From: an uncultured Pseudomonadota bacterium
GTDB taxonomy: Bacteria > SAR324 > XYD2-FULL-50-16
Direction of reading: 5' to 3'
DNA: 41,730 bases
Assembly (NCBI GenBank): GCA_964562335.1
Contig: CAZLTI010000002.1
Location: 1-41,730, forward strand
Under the pieces are notes generated by a model. That model was given only the letters and a program-made list of their open reading frames with translations, searched no databases and had not been told where the DNA came from. A program made the translations under genes and the position numbers. Positions within the stretch are counted from its first letter, which is position 1, and the number at the start of each line of letters is the position of its first letter. Positions 9,134 through 18,205 of the stretch are shown piece after piece.

Positions 9134-9173
9134 TGATGAACCGGTAAAAAGTCGAAAATTGCGCGAATTGTCA
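9134..9173 (+). repeat. Solo arm of the modular palindromic repeat family
   Basis: TGATGAACCGGTAAAAAGTCGAAAATTGCGCGAATTGTCA nearly matches the reverse complement of the right flank of copy 1 (15668-15704) and the flanks of copy 3. It ends at the first nucleotides (GTCA) of the core. It lies 16 nt after the ADH stop codon. Confidence 0.7.
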
Positions 9174-9304
9174 AAGGAGCCGTCTCTTCCGTTCGAGAGT
9201 ATGGTTCCAACTCGATGCCGACACTGCTTTACTGGAGCCATGCTTTTGAACAGGCTACAGCACGGCAAGCTAGCGAGTTTTTTGCAGGTGCTCGTAGCCT
9301 ACGA

Positions 9305-10261
9305 CTAAAGGTTCTTTGTAATAAATCTCTTCAGGGTCACCGTATCTTGGTAAAACCCGCGAATGCCCTCCGCAAGTTTTTCCGTTGCCATGGCATTCTG
9401 ATTGAGCATCCAGCGAAATGCGCTTTCGTCCAGCGTCATTTTTTCCACGGATTTGCCGGGGCTTTCCGCCGCATTCAACCGTAGCGACAGGTCTCCGGTT
9501 TCCTGCCGGAGCTGTTTCAGTAGATGGGGGCTGATGGTGATGCGGTCGCATCCGGCAAGCTGCTCGATCTCCCCCGTATTTCTAAAACTCGCGCCCATCA
9601 CGACCGTTTCGTAGCCGAATTTTTTATAGTAGTGGAAAATATCGGTTACGGATTGTACTCCGGGGTCCTCTTCCGGCGTGTAGGTTTTCCCCTCGGTTTT
9701 TGCGTACCAGTCCATAATGCGGCCTACGAAGGGAGAGATGAGAAACACCTTGGCTTCCGCACAGGCAACCGCTTGGGCGAAGCAGAACAGCAGCGTCAGA
9801 TTGCAGTTGATTCCTTCGCGTTCTAGAATTTCCGCTGCTTTGATCCCTTCCCAGGTGGCGGCCAACTTAATCAGTATGCGCCGTTTGCCGATTCCCGCCT
9901 CTTCGTAGAGGGAGATCAGTCTGCGGCCTTTCTCCACCGATTTCTCCGTTTGAAAGGAGAGGAAGGCATCGACCTCGGTGGAGACCCGGCCCGGCACGAT
10001 CGAAAGTAACTCGACGCCAAAATCGACGGCCAATTTGTCGACGATATCGGTTATCGTGGCATCTTCGTTTCCACCCTGTTTCTTTCCCCAAGCGATCGCA
10101 TTGTCGACCAGGTGGGCGTACTCCTTCATTTTGGCCGCTTTCAGCAGAAGGCTGGGGTTGGTGGTGGAATCTTCCGGTCCATACTTCCTGATGGCGTAAA
10201 TGTCTCCCGTATCCGCTACGACGGTGGACATCGTTTTCAACTGTTCCAATTTGCTTTTCAT
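9305..10261 (-). CDS. tal: Transaldolase (class 1, TalB-like)
   Basis: The N terminus reads [13 protein letters not shown], followed by [12 protein letters not shown]. The Schiff-base lysine context is [12 protein letters not shown]. The protein is 318 aa. Confidence 0.92.
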   Translation of the reverse strand: MKSKLEQLKTMSTVVADTGDIYAIRKYGPEDSTTNPSLLLKAAKMKEYAHLVDNAIAWGKKQGGNEDATITDIVDKLAVDFGVELLSIVPGRVSTEVDAFLSFQTEKSVEKGRRLISLYEEAGIGKRRILIKLAATWEGIKAAEILEREGINCNLTLLFCFAQAVACAEAKVFLISPFVGRIMDWYAKTEGKTYTPEEDPGVQSVTDIFHYYKKFGYETVVMGASFRNTGEIEQLAGCDRITISPHLLKQLRQETGDLSLRLNAAESPGKSVEKMTLDESAFRWMLNQNAMATEKLAEGIRGFYQDTVTLKRFITKNL

Positions 10262-10329
10262 CGCTATCTCCGTTCAAGGTAGGGGTACCTGCGAAAAACT
10301 CGGTATTTATCCATTTTTTTAAAGACCCT

Positions 10330-12789
10330 TTAAATTCCCAGCCGGCTTCTTCGTTGCAGCTCCCCGTTGGTTTGGTTGGAGGCCGGAACATAGTTCTCCA
10401 GGGGAAGAATCTTCTCGTGAACCGCATCCAAAACCCAATGTGCCTGCGGAAAAAACATCTCTTCCAGCTCCGGCGCGGGTGTGATCCAGTTGCGCGAGCC
10501 GACGACGACAATGGGTGCATCTAAAAAATCGAACGCCAACTGACCGAGATGACTTGCCACTGTATGCAAAAAGGAGCCTCGCTCGCAAGCGTCCGATAGT
10601 AGCAACCCCTTTCCGGTTTTCTCCAGGGATGCCACCGACATTTCATAATTCAACGGATTGACGGAGCGCAGATCGATCACTTCCGCGTCCATTCCCTGCG
10701 TTTCCCTGAGCCGGTCGGCTGCACTAAGTCCGGTATATAGTGCGCTTCCCAAAGTAAAAATCGTGATATTGCTTCCCTTTCTGCGGAGCGCCGGTTCTCC
10801 CAAAGGAATCTCGTAGTACTCTTCGGGGACTCCCTCCTCCGCAAAATCCTCGCCTCTGTCGTAGATTGCCTGGCTTTCGAAAAATACCACGGGATCCGTA
10901 CCGTTTAGGGCCGTGTTCATCAACCCTTTGGCATCGTAGGGCGTCGCCGGATAGACGGCTTTCAGTCCGGGAATGTGGGAGACGAATGCGGTCCAGTCTT
11001 GGGAATGCTGCGCTCCATATTTTGCCCCGACGGATACCCTGAGCACAACCGGCATTTGCAGAGTGCCGCCGCTCATTGCCTGCCATTTGGAGAGTTGGTT
11101 GAATATTTCGTCCCCCGCTCTTCCCATGAAGTCGCAATACATCAGCTCGGCTATCGCTTTTCCGCCTTCCAGTCCATATCCGACCGCTGCACCGACGATG
11201 GCGGCTTCGGATATGGGAGCATTAAAAAGCCGATGGTACGGCAGTGCTTCCGTTAGCCCGCGATAGACGCCGAAGGCGCCTCCCCAATCGCGGTTCTCCT
11301 CTCCGAATGCGATCAAAGTGGGATCGCTGCCGAAACGATCCAGTATCGCTTCGAAAATGGCGTCCCGGATATTGAACTGTTTCATCTTGGGTACCGGTCT
11401 GCCGTTTTCCGAAGATTTGCGACTTTTTTGGGCAATCTGTCGGATGCGCGCATTTTCCTTCACGGAAATGTCCGTTTTCGCCTTTTCGCCGTTCCTCTTT
11501 TTTCTTCCGCCGTTGGAAAACATCACCTCTCCGATCTCCTCCGAGTTGAGAGACATTCTTGGACTTACCTTCGCATCGACCGCTAGGCGGAAGCACTCCT
11601 CCATCTCGCTCGCAATCCGCTCCTTGGTTTTTTTTAGGTCCGCCCTTGTGGCCAGTTTGGCCTCGATCAACTGTTTCTCGTAAGAGGCGATCGCATCCGC
11701 CTTTTTCCAGATTTCCAGCTCCTCTTTGGTGCGGTAGGAGTTCACGTCGGATGGCGAATGCCCGCTTAGCCGGTAGGTGATGACATCCAGCAGTACCGGG
11801 CCTTTGCCCTGTTCCAGAATCTGTTTCTTGCGTCGGACCGCATCGATGACGGCAAGCGGATTGTATCCGTTTACCCGCTCGGCATGCATCTGTTCGGGGT
11901 TCACGCCCGCGCCGATGCGGGCTAGATGTCCGTATCCCATCGTCTCGCCGCTCGTTTGACCGCCCATGCCATATTGATTGTTGAAGGCGTTGAACAGAAT
12001 GGGCAAACCGCCTCCGAGGGAGGGGTCCCAGAGCTTTCGGTACTGATCCATAGCGGAGAAGACCATCGCTTCCCAAACCGGACCGCAACCGAAGGAGGCA
12101 TCTCCGATGTTGCAGACGACAATACCCTTTTTGCGATTCACCCGTTTGAAAAGAGCCGCCCCCACCGCAATGGTTGCCGATCCTCCTACTATGGCGTTGT
12201 TGGGATAGATTCCGAACGGCGTAAAAAAGGCGTGCATGGAGCCGGAAAGCCCTTTGTTGAATCCTGTACGGCAGGCAAAAATTTCGGCGTAGGCACCGTA
12301 GATTAAAAACTTTCTTGCCAACTCGCGCACGTTTCCCCTATGTCCCTTTTCCACAATTTTTAGAATCCGTCCGTCGAAAAAGGACTCCATAGTATGTAGC
12401 AGGGCACTCTCCTCCAATTTGCCGATGGCCGAAAAGCCCTTGGCAAGTATCTCGCCGTGAGAGCGATGGCTGCCGTAGATGTGATCCTCCACGTCCAGGC
12501 AATAGGCCTGTCCGACGGCGGAAGCCTCCTGACCGAGCGACAGGTGGGCCGGTCCTTTGTGGTTATATTGTATCTCCCGGTAGGCACCCTCCTTTTTGAC
12601 GGTATCGAGCGACGTTTCAAATTCGCGGATATACTGCATATCGGAAAAAATTCCCAACAGCGCCTCCTTGGCGAACTCCTTTTTGACATCCTTGACTTTC
12701 CTGTCGTATCGGTTGACCGGAATCTCCTTGAACTTCAGACTCTCCTTCCCGAAGGCCTTTTGCGGAGTGATTGTCATATTTCGCGGCAT
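10330..12789 (-). CDS. 2-oxoacid (pyruvate/acetoin/branched-chain) dehydrogenase E1 component, fused alpha-beta subunits, TPP-dependent
   Basis: The N-terminal half carries the E1-alpha TPP motif ([16 protein letters not shown]...NNQYGMGG). A Lys/Arg-rich linker follows. The C-terminal half is E1-beta-like ([21 protein letters not shown] plus a transketolase C-terminal-type region). The SD is AAGGAGGG. Confidence 0.85.
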   Translation of the reverse strand: MPRNMTITPQKAFGKESLKFKEIPVNRYDRKVKDVKKEFAKEALLGIFSDMQYIREFETSLDTVKKEGAYREIQYNHKGPAHLSLGQEASAVGQAYCLDVEDHIYGSHRSHGEILAKGFSAIGKLEESALLHTMESFFDGRILKIVEKGHRGNVRELARKFLIYGAYAEIFACRTGFNKGLSGSMHAFFTPFGIYPNNAIVGGSATIAVGAALFKRVNRKKGIVVCNIGDASFGCGPVWEAMVFSAMDQYRKLWDPSLGGGLPILFNAFNNQYGMGGQTSGETMGYGHLARIGAGVNPEQMHAERVNGYNPLAVIDAVRRKKQILEQGKGPVLLDVITYRLSGHSPSDVNSYRTKEELEIWKKADAIASYEKQLIEAKLATRADLKKTKERIASEMEECFRLAVDAKVSPRMSLNSEEIGEVMFSNGGRKKRNGEKAKTDISVKENARIRQIAQKSRKSSENGRPVPKMKQFNIRDAIFEAILDRFGSDPTLIAFGEENRDWGGAFGVYRGLTEALPYHRLFNAPISEAAIVGAAVGYGLEGGKAIAELMYCDFMGRAGDEIFNQLSKWQAMSGGTLQMPVVLRVSVGAKYGAQHSQDWTAFVSHIPGLKAVYPATPYDAKGLMNTALNGTDPVVFFESQAIYDRGEDFAEEGVPEEYYEIPLGEPALRRKGSNITIFTLGSALYTGLSAADRLRETQGMDAEVIDLRSVNPLNYEMSVASLEKTGKGLLLSDACERGSFLHTVASHLGQLAFDFLDAPIVVVGSRNWITPAPELEEMFFPQAHWVLDAVHEKILPLENYVPASNQTNGELQRRSRLGI

Positions 12790-12799
12790 ATTGCCCTCC

Positions 12800-14134
12800 T
12801 TAGTGAATAATCGTTTCCTTTATCGCTTCGCCGATGGTCGGATGCGGAAAGATAATCTGTTCCATTTCATCCGTTCGCATCTCGCTTTCGATACAGGCAG
12901 CCGCTCCCCATATCATTTCCGAGCAGGGGCCGCCAATGATATGAACGCCCAGAATTTCGTTGTATCTGTTTCCCAGAAGCACCTTGCAGGTACCGGATTT
13001 CCCTTCGTTTTCAACCAGAAAACGGCCGGATATTCCCAAAGGTTTCTCTATCGCCCGATATTCTATCCCTCTTTCGATAGCCTCCTCTTCCGTCAAACCG
13101 ACTCCGGCCACTTCAGGGTGGCTATACACGACTCCCGGTACGGCGCGATAGCTCATGCCGTCCCTTTTGCCGAACATGTTGTTTACCGCCACCTGCCCTT
13201 CGCGCACGGCGGCGTGCGCCAGCAGGCAGCGACCCGTCACGTCGCCGCAGGCCCAAATTCCGGGAATGTTGGTTTTCTCTTTTGTGTCCACCTTGATGCC
13301 CCTGCGGTCGAAATCCAAACCGATCTCCTCCAAGCCCAGCTCTTCGACGTTGGGGGATCTGCCGACCGCCATCAGGATCGACTCGGAAGCTACGGTTGCA
13401 AGTTCCCCCTTTTGTCTGAAGAATACCGCGCCCTCCTCTATCTTCTCCACCTTGGCGGAAAGGAAAAATTCGATACCGTCTTTTTTTTGTGTCCGCATCA
13501 GCTTCTTTGCGATTCCTCCATCGATTCCCGGGCATATTCTATCCAGCATTTCAATCACCCGCACCTTTACGCCCACCGAAGCGAAAAAGGATGCAAATTC
13601 AATCCCGATGACGCCTCCGCCGATTACGGTCAACGAGGCAGGCAGTTCCGTCATATCGAGAATGCCCGTCGAATCCAATAGGTTTGAAGGTCCGACTTCC
13701 GGTATCGGAGGTTTGGCCGGTCTGGATCCCGTGGCGATCAGGATGTTGCGCCCTTCGAAAATCCTGTCCTGGACTGCCGCCTTTCCTTTTGAGAGGATTC
13801 TGGCCTCGCCTCGCCGAATTTCCACTTTGGCAGCTTTTAGGGAGGATTCGACACCGCTGGTCAGCCGTTTCACAATTCTGTTTTTGCGCTCGACAACCGC
13901 CGATAGTTTGAAAGCTGCTTCGTTTAAGGTAACTCCGAATTTGTGGGCCTCTTGCATTTCCCGATACAGCTTAGCCGAGTGAAGCAGCGTCTTTGTGGGA
14001 ATGCAACCGACATTCAGACAGGTTCCGCCGATACGATCCTTTTCCAACAAAAGCACCCGTTTTCCCATTCTTCCGGCTTGCAGTGCGGCTTCGTATCCTC
14101 CCGGTCCCGCACCAACGACTATCAGATCGTACAT
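12800..14134 (-). CDS. lpd: Dihydrolipoyl dehydrogenase (E3)
   Basis: Motifs are VVGAGPGGY, the redox disulfide [13 protein letters not shown], a second dinucleotide fold [12 protein letters not shown] and the C-terminal interface motif FPHPTIGEA. Confidence 0.93.
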   Translation of the reverse strand: MYDLIVVGAGPGGYEAALQAGRMGKRVLLLEKDRIGGTCLNVGCIPTKTLLHSAKLYREMQEAHKFGVTLNEAAFKLSAVVERKNRIVKRLTSGVESSLKAAKVEIRRGEARILSKGKAAVQDRIFEGRNILIATGSRPAKPPIPEVGPSNLLDSTGILDMTELPASLTVIGGGVIGIEFASFFASVGVKVRVIEMLDRICPGIDGGIAKKLMRTQKKDGIEFFLSAKVEKIEEGAVFFRQKGELATVASESILMAVGRSPNVEELGLEEIGLDFDRRGIKVDTKEKTNIPGIWACGDVTGRCLLAHAAVREGQVAVNNMFGKRDGMSYRAVPGVVYSHPEVAGVGLTEEEAIERGIEYRAIEKPLGISGRFLVENEGKSGTCKVLLGNRYNEILGVHIIGGPCSEMIWGAAACIESEMRTDEMEQIIFPHPTIGEAIKETIIH

Positions 14135-14145
14135 GATTTTCCCTC

Positions 14146-15486
14146 CTATAGAACCGGGAGAAGATGAAACGACTCGATGGCGTGTCGCAAATCCTTAAGA
14201 AAAAGAGAGGCCTGCCATCCGTCGACAACTTGATGGTTGACCGTCAAAGAGAGCCCCATATGGTCACGATACTCAATATCGCCCGCTTCGCGGACCGGTT
14301 TGAGTTCGATCGCGCCGACTCCTAAAATGGCCACTTGGGGATAGTTCAGTATCGGCGTAAAGCTGGCGATTCCCAGAGGTCCGAGGTTGCTGACCGTGAA
14401 GGTTCCCCCTTGCAGACTATCCGGATCGATGCTGCCCTCTTTGGCGCGCTGTGCTTTGTCCCTAATGGCGGAAGCCAGGTCGTTCAAGGAGAGCTCTTCG
14501 GCTTTGGGCACGACGGGAACCACAAGTCCCCTCGGCGTATCGCAGGCAAAGGCAAGATGGATGTTGGCATATCTTCTGTAGACGTTGTCGGAAAGCGTGG
14601 CATTCAAATCGGGATATCTGCGCAGAACCCGCCCTACCGCAAACATGACCATATCGCCTATCGTGATGGGGACTAAACCGAGCCTTTCTCCATTTTCCTT
14701 AAGATCGTGGCGAAACCGCAATAGCGACTGCGCGTCGGCCGAGGTAAAAAAGGTAAGTTGCGCGGTTTCCCGTAACGATTCCAGCAAACGCTCGGATGTG
14801 ATTTTTCGTACACCCTGCAGCGAAATTTCTTCAAAATCGGCTACCGTACTATGCGTTTCCTCCCCGGAGGGTCCAGAACTTTTCAGATCTTTTGCCAATA
14901 CCCGTCCTCCGATCCCGCTGCCAAAAGCCGGAATTTCCATTCCGATTTCTGCGGCAACCGCCTTCGCCAAAGGTGTCGCAGACGACGAAGACTCAAGCAC
15001 TTTTTCGATATCGCGTTCGATGACTCTCCCGCCGGGGCCCGTTCCCGCCAAATTTCGAGCGTTTACGCTTTTGCGCAAAGCCAAATTTCTGGCCCTGGGA
15101 CTGATTCCCTTACCGGTTGTCCGTGAAGCGGGCATTGGCATAGGTTGTTTGTTCGGTATCGCGTCTTGGTTATCTGCCACATTTGGCGCTTCGTTTTGAG
15201 CATTCCTCTTTTCCGCGACACCCCTGTCCTCTATACTTGTTTCCTCTCCGGGTTTTCCGATGACCGCTACATTTTGCAAAACGGGAATCGTATCCCCCTC
15301 ATTGCACAAAAGGGACAGTACAGTACCTTTCGCCGGAGATTCCAACTCGAAAACTGCCTTGTCCGTTTCAATATCGGCAATGATCTGCCCCTCTTTCACC
15401 TCCTCTCCTATCTTCACTCTCCAGGAGACAAGGAGACATTCCTCCACTGTATTCCCCTGCTTGGGCACAAGTACGTTGGTAGCCAT
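14146..15486 (-). CDS. Dihydrolipoamide acyltransferase (E2)
   Basis: The protein has a lipoyl domain with IETDKA, a peripheral-subunit-binding domain (GTGPGGRVIERDI) and a catalytic domain ending in the H-x3-DG motif (NHQVVDG). Confidence 0.9.
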   Translation of the reverse strand: MATNVLVPKQGNTVEECLLVSWRVKIGEEVKEGQIIADIETDKAVFELESPAKGTVLSLLCNEGDTIPVLQNVAVIGKPGEETSIEDRGVAEKRNAQNEAPNVADNQDAIPNKQPMPMPASRTTGKGISPRARNLALRKSVNARNLAGTGPGGRVIERDIEKVLESSSSATPLAKAVAAEIGMEIPAFGSGIGGRVLAKDLKSSGPSGEETHSTVADFEEISLQGVRKITSERLLESLRETAQLTFFTSADAQSLLRFRHDLKENGERLGLVPITIGDMVMFAVGRVLRRYPDLNATLSDNVYRRYANIHLAFACDTPRGLVVPVVPKAEELSLNDLASAIRDKAQRAKEGSIDPDSLQGGTFTVSNLGPLGIASFTPILNYPQVAILGVGAIELKPVREAGDIEYRDHMGLSLTVNHQVVDGWQASLFLKDLRHAIESFHLLPVL

Positions 15487-15564
15487 GTTTCGATTCCTTT
15501 GTTAAAGAGTATATTCTTTTTTTCTGCCCTGTCCGCTCGGTTCCCCTGTTTTGTTATATTATGA

Positions 15565-15704
15565 TGGATCGATAAAAAGTTCGAAATCACCTCAATCCGT
15601 CATTCCCGCGAAGGCGGGAATCTATAATCAACTGGTTTTATTGGATTCCCGCCTTCGCGGGAATGACAATTCGTGCAATTTTTCGACTTTTTACCGCTTC
15701 ATCA
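15565..15704. repeat. Modular palindromic repeat, full copy 1 (69-nt core 15599-15667 plus about 35-nt flanking arms)
   Basis: The core is GTCATTCCCGCGAAGGCGGGAATC, a 21-nt spacer, then GATTCCCGCCTTCGCGGGAATGAC. The flanks CGATAAAAAGTTCGAAA / TTTCGACTTTTTACCG are themselves inverted. The element lies in the 246-bp divergent spacer between the E2 gene and the HEPN gene. Confidence 0.9.
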
Positions 15705-15732
15705 TTTATAACGCATCAACGAAAAAAACGAT

Positions 15733-16161
15733 ATGTCGTGGAATACCGATAATCTGCAGCGCTGTATCAAAACATTGGAACGCTCCTTGGAGTGTTTGCA
15801 TCGGTATGATCCCGACAGTATGGAGTATGAGATCTACCGAAATGCGGTAGTAAAAGGGTTTGAATTGACTTTGGAAACTGCCGGAAAGCTACTCAGAAAA
15901 GCGTTGAAACTCTATTTTGCCACTTCAAAACAGGCGGACCGACTCGTCTATAAGGATATTTTCAGAATGGCGTCCAAGCATGGCATTCTTGATGTCGAGG
16001 AGGTCAGTCGTTGGTTTTTATATCGGGACAATCGAAACGATATGATTCATGATTATGGAATCGGATTTGCCGAAGAGACTTTGAAACTGATGCCGCAGTT
16101 TCTCTTGGATACGAAACGTTTACAAACGCAACTGGATCATGAGTTCGCTAAAGTTGAATAA
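15733..16161 (+). CDS. hepT: HEPN-domain protein, HI0074-type nucleotidyltransferase substrate-binding family (putative HepT-like toxin)
   Basis: The 142-aa helical protein has the R-x4-H-x-Y motif near its C-terminal third (RNDMIHDY). It overlaps the downstream MNT gene by 23 nt. Confidence 0.8.
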   Translation: MSWNTDNLQRCIKTLERSLECLHRYDPDSMEYEIYRNAVVKGFELTLETAGKLLRKALKLYFATSKQADRLVYKDIFRMASKHGILDVEEVSRWFLYRDNRNDMIHDYGIGFAEETLKLMPQFLLDTKRLQTQLDHEFAKVE

Positions 16162-16450
16162 AAAACATGCGGAGGAACTGAAATCTATTCTTAGGAAACA
16201 GGTACCCCACGAAGAGGTATGGGCGTATGGCAGCCGGGTCAACGGAACGGCCCACGAGGGAAGCGACCTCGATATTGTCATCCGCCATCCGGGAGATCTC
16301 GACCGACGGCAGGAAGCCCTTTTTGATATTAGGGAAGCGATAACGGAAAGCAATATCCCGATTTCGGTCGATGTTCTTGATTGGGCCGTCATTCCGGAAA
16401 CGTTCCGTCGGGAGATAGAGAAGAATTACTGTTCGTTGTCGTTGCATTAG
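16139..16450 (+). CDS. mntA: Minimal nucleotidyltransferase (MNT, HI0073-like; putative MntA-type antitoxin)
   Basis: The 103-aa protein carries the Pol-beta NTase signature GSRVNGTAHEGSDLDIV and a later acidic residue (SVDVLD). Confidence 0.8.
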   Translation: MSSLKLNKKHAEELKSILRKQVPHEEVWAYGSRVNGTAHEGSDLDIVIRHPGDLDRRQEALFDIREAITESNIPISVDVLDWAVIPETFRREIEKNYCSLSLH

Positions 16451-16554
16451 ATGGTGACACACCCAGACCGGAACGCAGCCATGAAAGCACTACTGTTGTT
16501 CCGCCTTCTCCAATGCCCAAGGGTTGACGAACGGGTGATTATCCGCAAAAACGG

Positions 16555-17070
16555 CTATTTGACGGAGATGGGAATTCCACAAACAAGCAGCGTCACATGG
16601 TCGGCCACCGCCGCAATCTGCTGATTCAACCTCCCGGCCACATCTCTAAACTCCCTTGCCATCGGGTTTTCCGGGACAATGCCCAGACCGACTTCGTTGG
16701 TTACGACGATGACAGAGCAGGTGGTTTCGTCTAAAAAGGCGGTCAATTCGGCTGTTTTCTCGTCGACCGTTCCCCTGCCGGGGAAACGGTGCATCAAGTT
16801 TCCCAGCCAAACGGTCAGGCAGTCCAGCAGAATCACGTCCGCACGGGATACCACTTTCCGCATCTCCTTGACGATCTCCACCGGCTCTTCAATCGTGATA
16901 AACTCCTTACCGCGATCTGCCTTGTGCTTGGCGATACGTTCCTCCATTTCCTTATCGAACGCCTCTGCCGTCGCTACGAAGATCCGCTTTTGGTAGGACC
17001 GGGCTAGCGTTACGGCATAGTTGCTTTTTCCGCTCCTTCCTCCCCCGGTAATCAGCGTGATTTTTTTCAT
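16555..17070 (-). CDS. cobU: Bifunctional adenosylcobinamide kinase / adenosylcobinamide-phosphate guanylyltransferase
   Basis: The P-loop is TGGGRSGKS, and the CobU/CobP-conserved block is VTNEVGLGIVPENPMAREFRDVAGRLNQ. The protein is 171 aa. Confidence 0.92.
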   Translation of the reverse strand: MKKITLITGGGRSGKSNYAVTLARSYQKRIFVATAEAFDKEMEERIAKHKADRGKEFITIEEPVEIVKEMRKVVSRADVILLDCLTVWLGNLMHRFPGRGTVDEKTAELTAFLDETTCSVIVVTNEVGLGIVPENPMAREFRDVAGRLNQQIAAVADHVTLLVCGIPISVK

Positions 17071-17104
17071 GGGTAATCTACATTATCGATGGATTTCCGT
17101 TTTT

Positions 17105-18163
17105 CTATTTGCCAAACATCCCGCCCAAGCGCCACGGGAGCAACAAAACCGCAACGGCAAGCAGCAGCGAAAGCAAAGCGGCACAAAACACCAGATTGCA
17201 CGCCTTTCGCAGGTGATAGGCTTTGGCGTCGGTTGTGCCCTCTCCCATCCAAGGTTTTTTGACGGTTCCATAGGCGTAGACGGTATCTCCGCCGAGTTTA
17301 ACGCCCAACGCCCCGGCCATACTGGCTTCCGCATGTCCGGCATTAGGGGACCTGTGTTTCAGACGATCCCGCCAGCCGATTTTCCAGGCCCTCTTTCCAT
17401 CCTGCCCGGTGAGAAAGGCAGACAGGCAAATCATAAAGATGGCAATTCGTGCGGGGAAAAAATTCAACGCGTCGTCCAGTCGGGCGCTAGCCTTCCCGAA
17501 ACGGCGATACTTTTCGTTGCGGTAGCCCACCATGGAATCCAACGTGTTGGTCGCTTTGAAGAAAATCAGTGCTACGGTTGCCGTTTGCGGGGGATCGATT
17601 CCAACGCTCGACCCAACCGCAGCCCCAACCACAAACCAGAACATCGGCGAAAGAACTCCATCCGTGAAGTTTTCCGCCACGCTTTCAATCGCTGCGCGCG
17701 ATATATCGCTAGATTCCAGTTGCGATACGTCGCGACCAACCATCATAGCGACCGACCTCCTCGCTTTCGGCAGGTTCTCTTCCTTCAGGTGTTTGACGAC
17801 GCGTTGCGCATGTTCAATCAGATCCTTCAGAGCCAAAAGGGAATAGGTCACAAACAGGAGGAAAACCCATCGATACCCCTGTAGCACTTCGCCGACTATC
17901 CAACAGGTTCCGACGAACGCCGTTTGCAGCGTAACAATTAGTAGAACGCCGGAAAAACCGGTAAAAAAGCCAATGCGGAGAAAAAAACGCTCCATCGCCG
18001 AAATGACGATCCCCATCAATTTGACCGGGTGCAGAGGATATTTCGGGTCGCCTATCGTGATATCCAAGAGGAGGGCCGCCACCAGTATCGCTACTGCTTG
18101 ATCCATGGCATCGAGTCGATGATTGGGGTTGTAACCGTCGTTTCGGGATGTGGAAACAGCCAC
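17105..18163 (-). CDS. cbiB: Adenosylcobinamide-phosphate synthase (CbiB/CobD family membrane protein)
   Basis: The N-terminal LLLDITIGDPKYPLHPVKLMG block is typical of CbiB, and the protein is polytopic. The start is a GTG at 18163. An ATG 19 codons downstream (18106) is an alternative, and neither has a clear SD. Confidence 0.85.
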   Translation of the reverse strand: MAVSTSRNDGYNPNHRLDAMDQAVAILVAALLLDITIGDPKYPLHPVKLMGIVISAMERFFLRIGFFTGFSGVLLIVTLQTAFVGTCWIVGEVLQGYRWVFLLFVTYSLLALKDLIEHAQRVVKHLKEENLPKARRSVAMMVGRDVSQLESSDISRAAIESVAENFTDGVLSPMFWFVVGAAVGSSVGIDPPQTATVALIFFKATNTLDSMVGYRNEKYRRFGKASARLDDALNFFPARIAIFMICLSAFLTGQDGKRAWKIGWRDRLKHRSPNAGHAEASMAGALGVKLGGDTVYAYGTVKKPWMGEGTTDAKAYHLRKACNLVFCAALLSLLLAVAVLLLPWRLGGMFGK

Positions 18164-18205
18164 CCGCGAAAAAAGAGTATTCGGTACAACCGATTGAAAG
18201 AGGAG

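Noticed and set aside
15599-15667. The possibility that the 69-nt palindromic cores are CRISPR repeats.
   Set aside because: The copies are dispersed 5-15 kb apart in separate intergenic regions rather than arrayed with regular short spacers. No cas genes are present.
15551-15850. ORFs translating through the palindromic repeats: 15551..15850(+) with VIPAKAGIY/RLRGNDN, 30379..30639(-) with RLRGNDG, and the tail of 35332..35931(+) with SFPRRRES.
   Set aside because: These peptide strings are the well-known artefact of translating ATTCCCGCGAAGGCGGGAAT-type repeats. The ORFs have no SD and no other coding signal.
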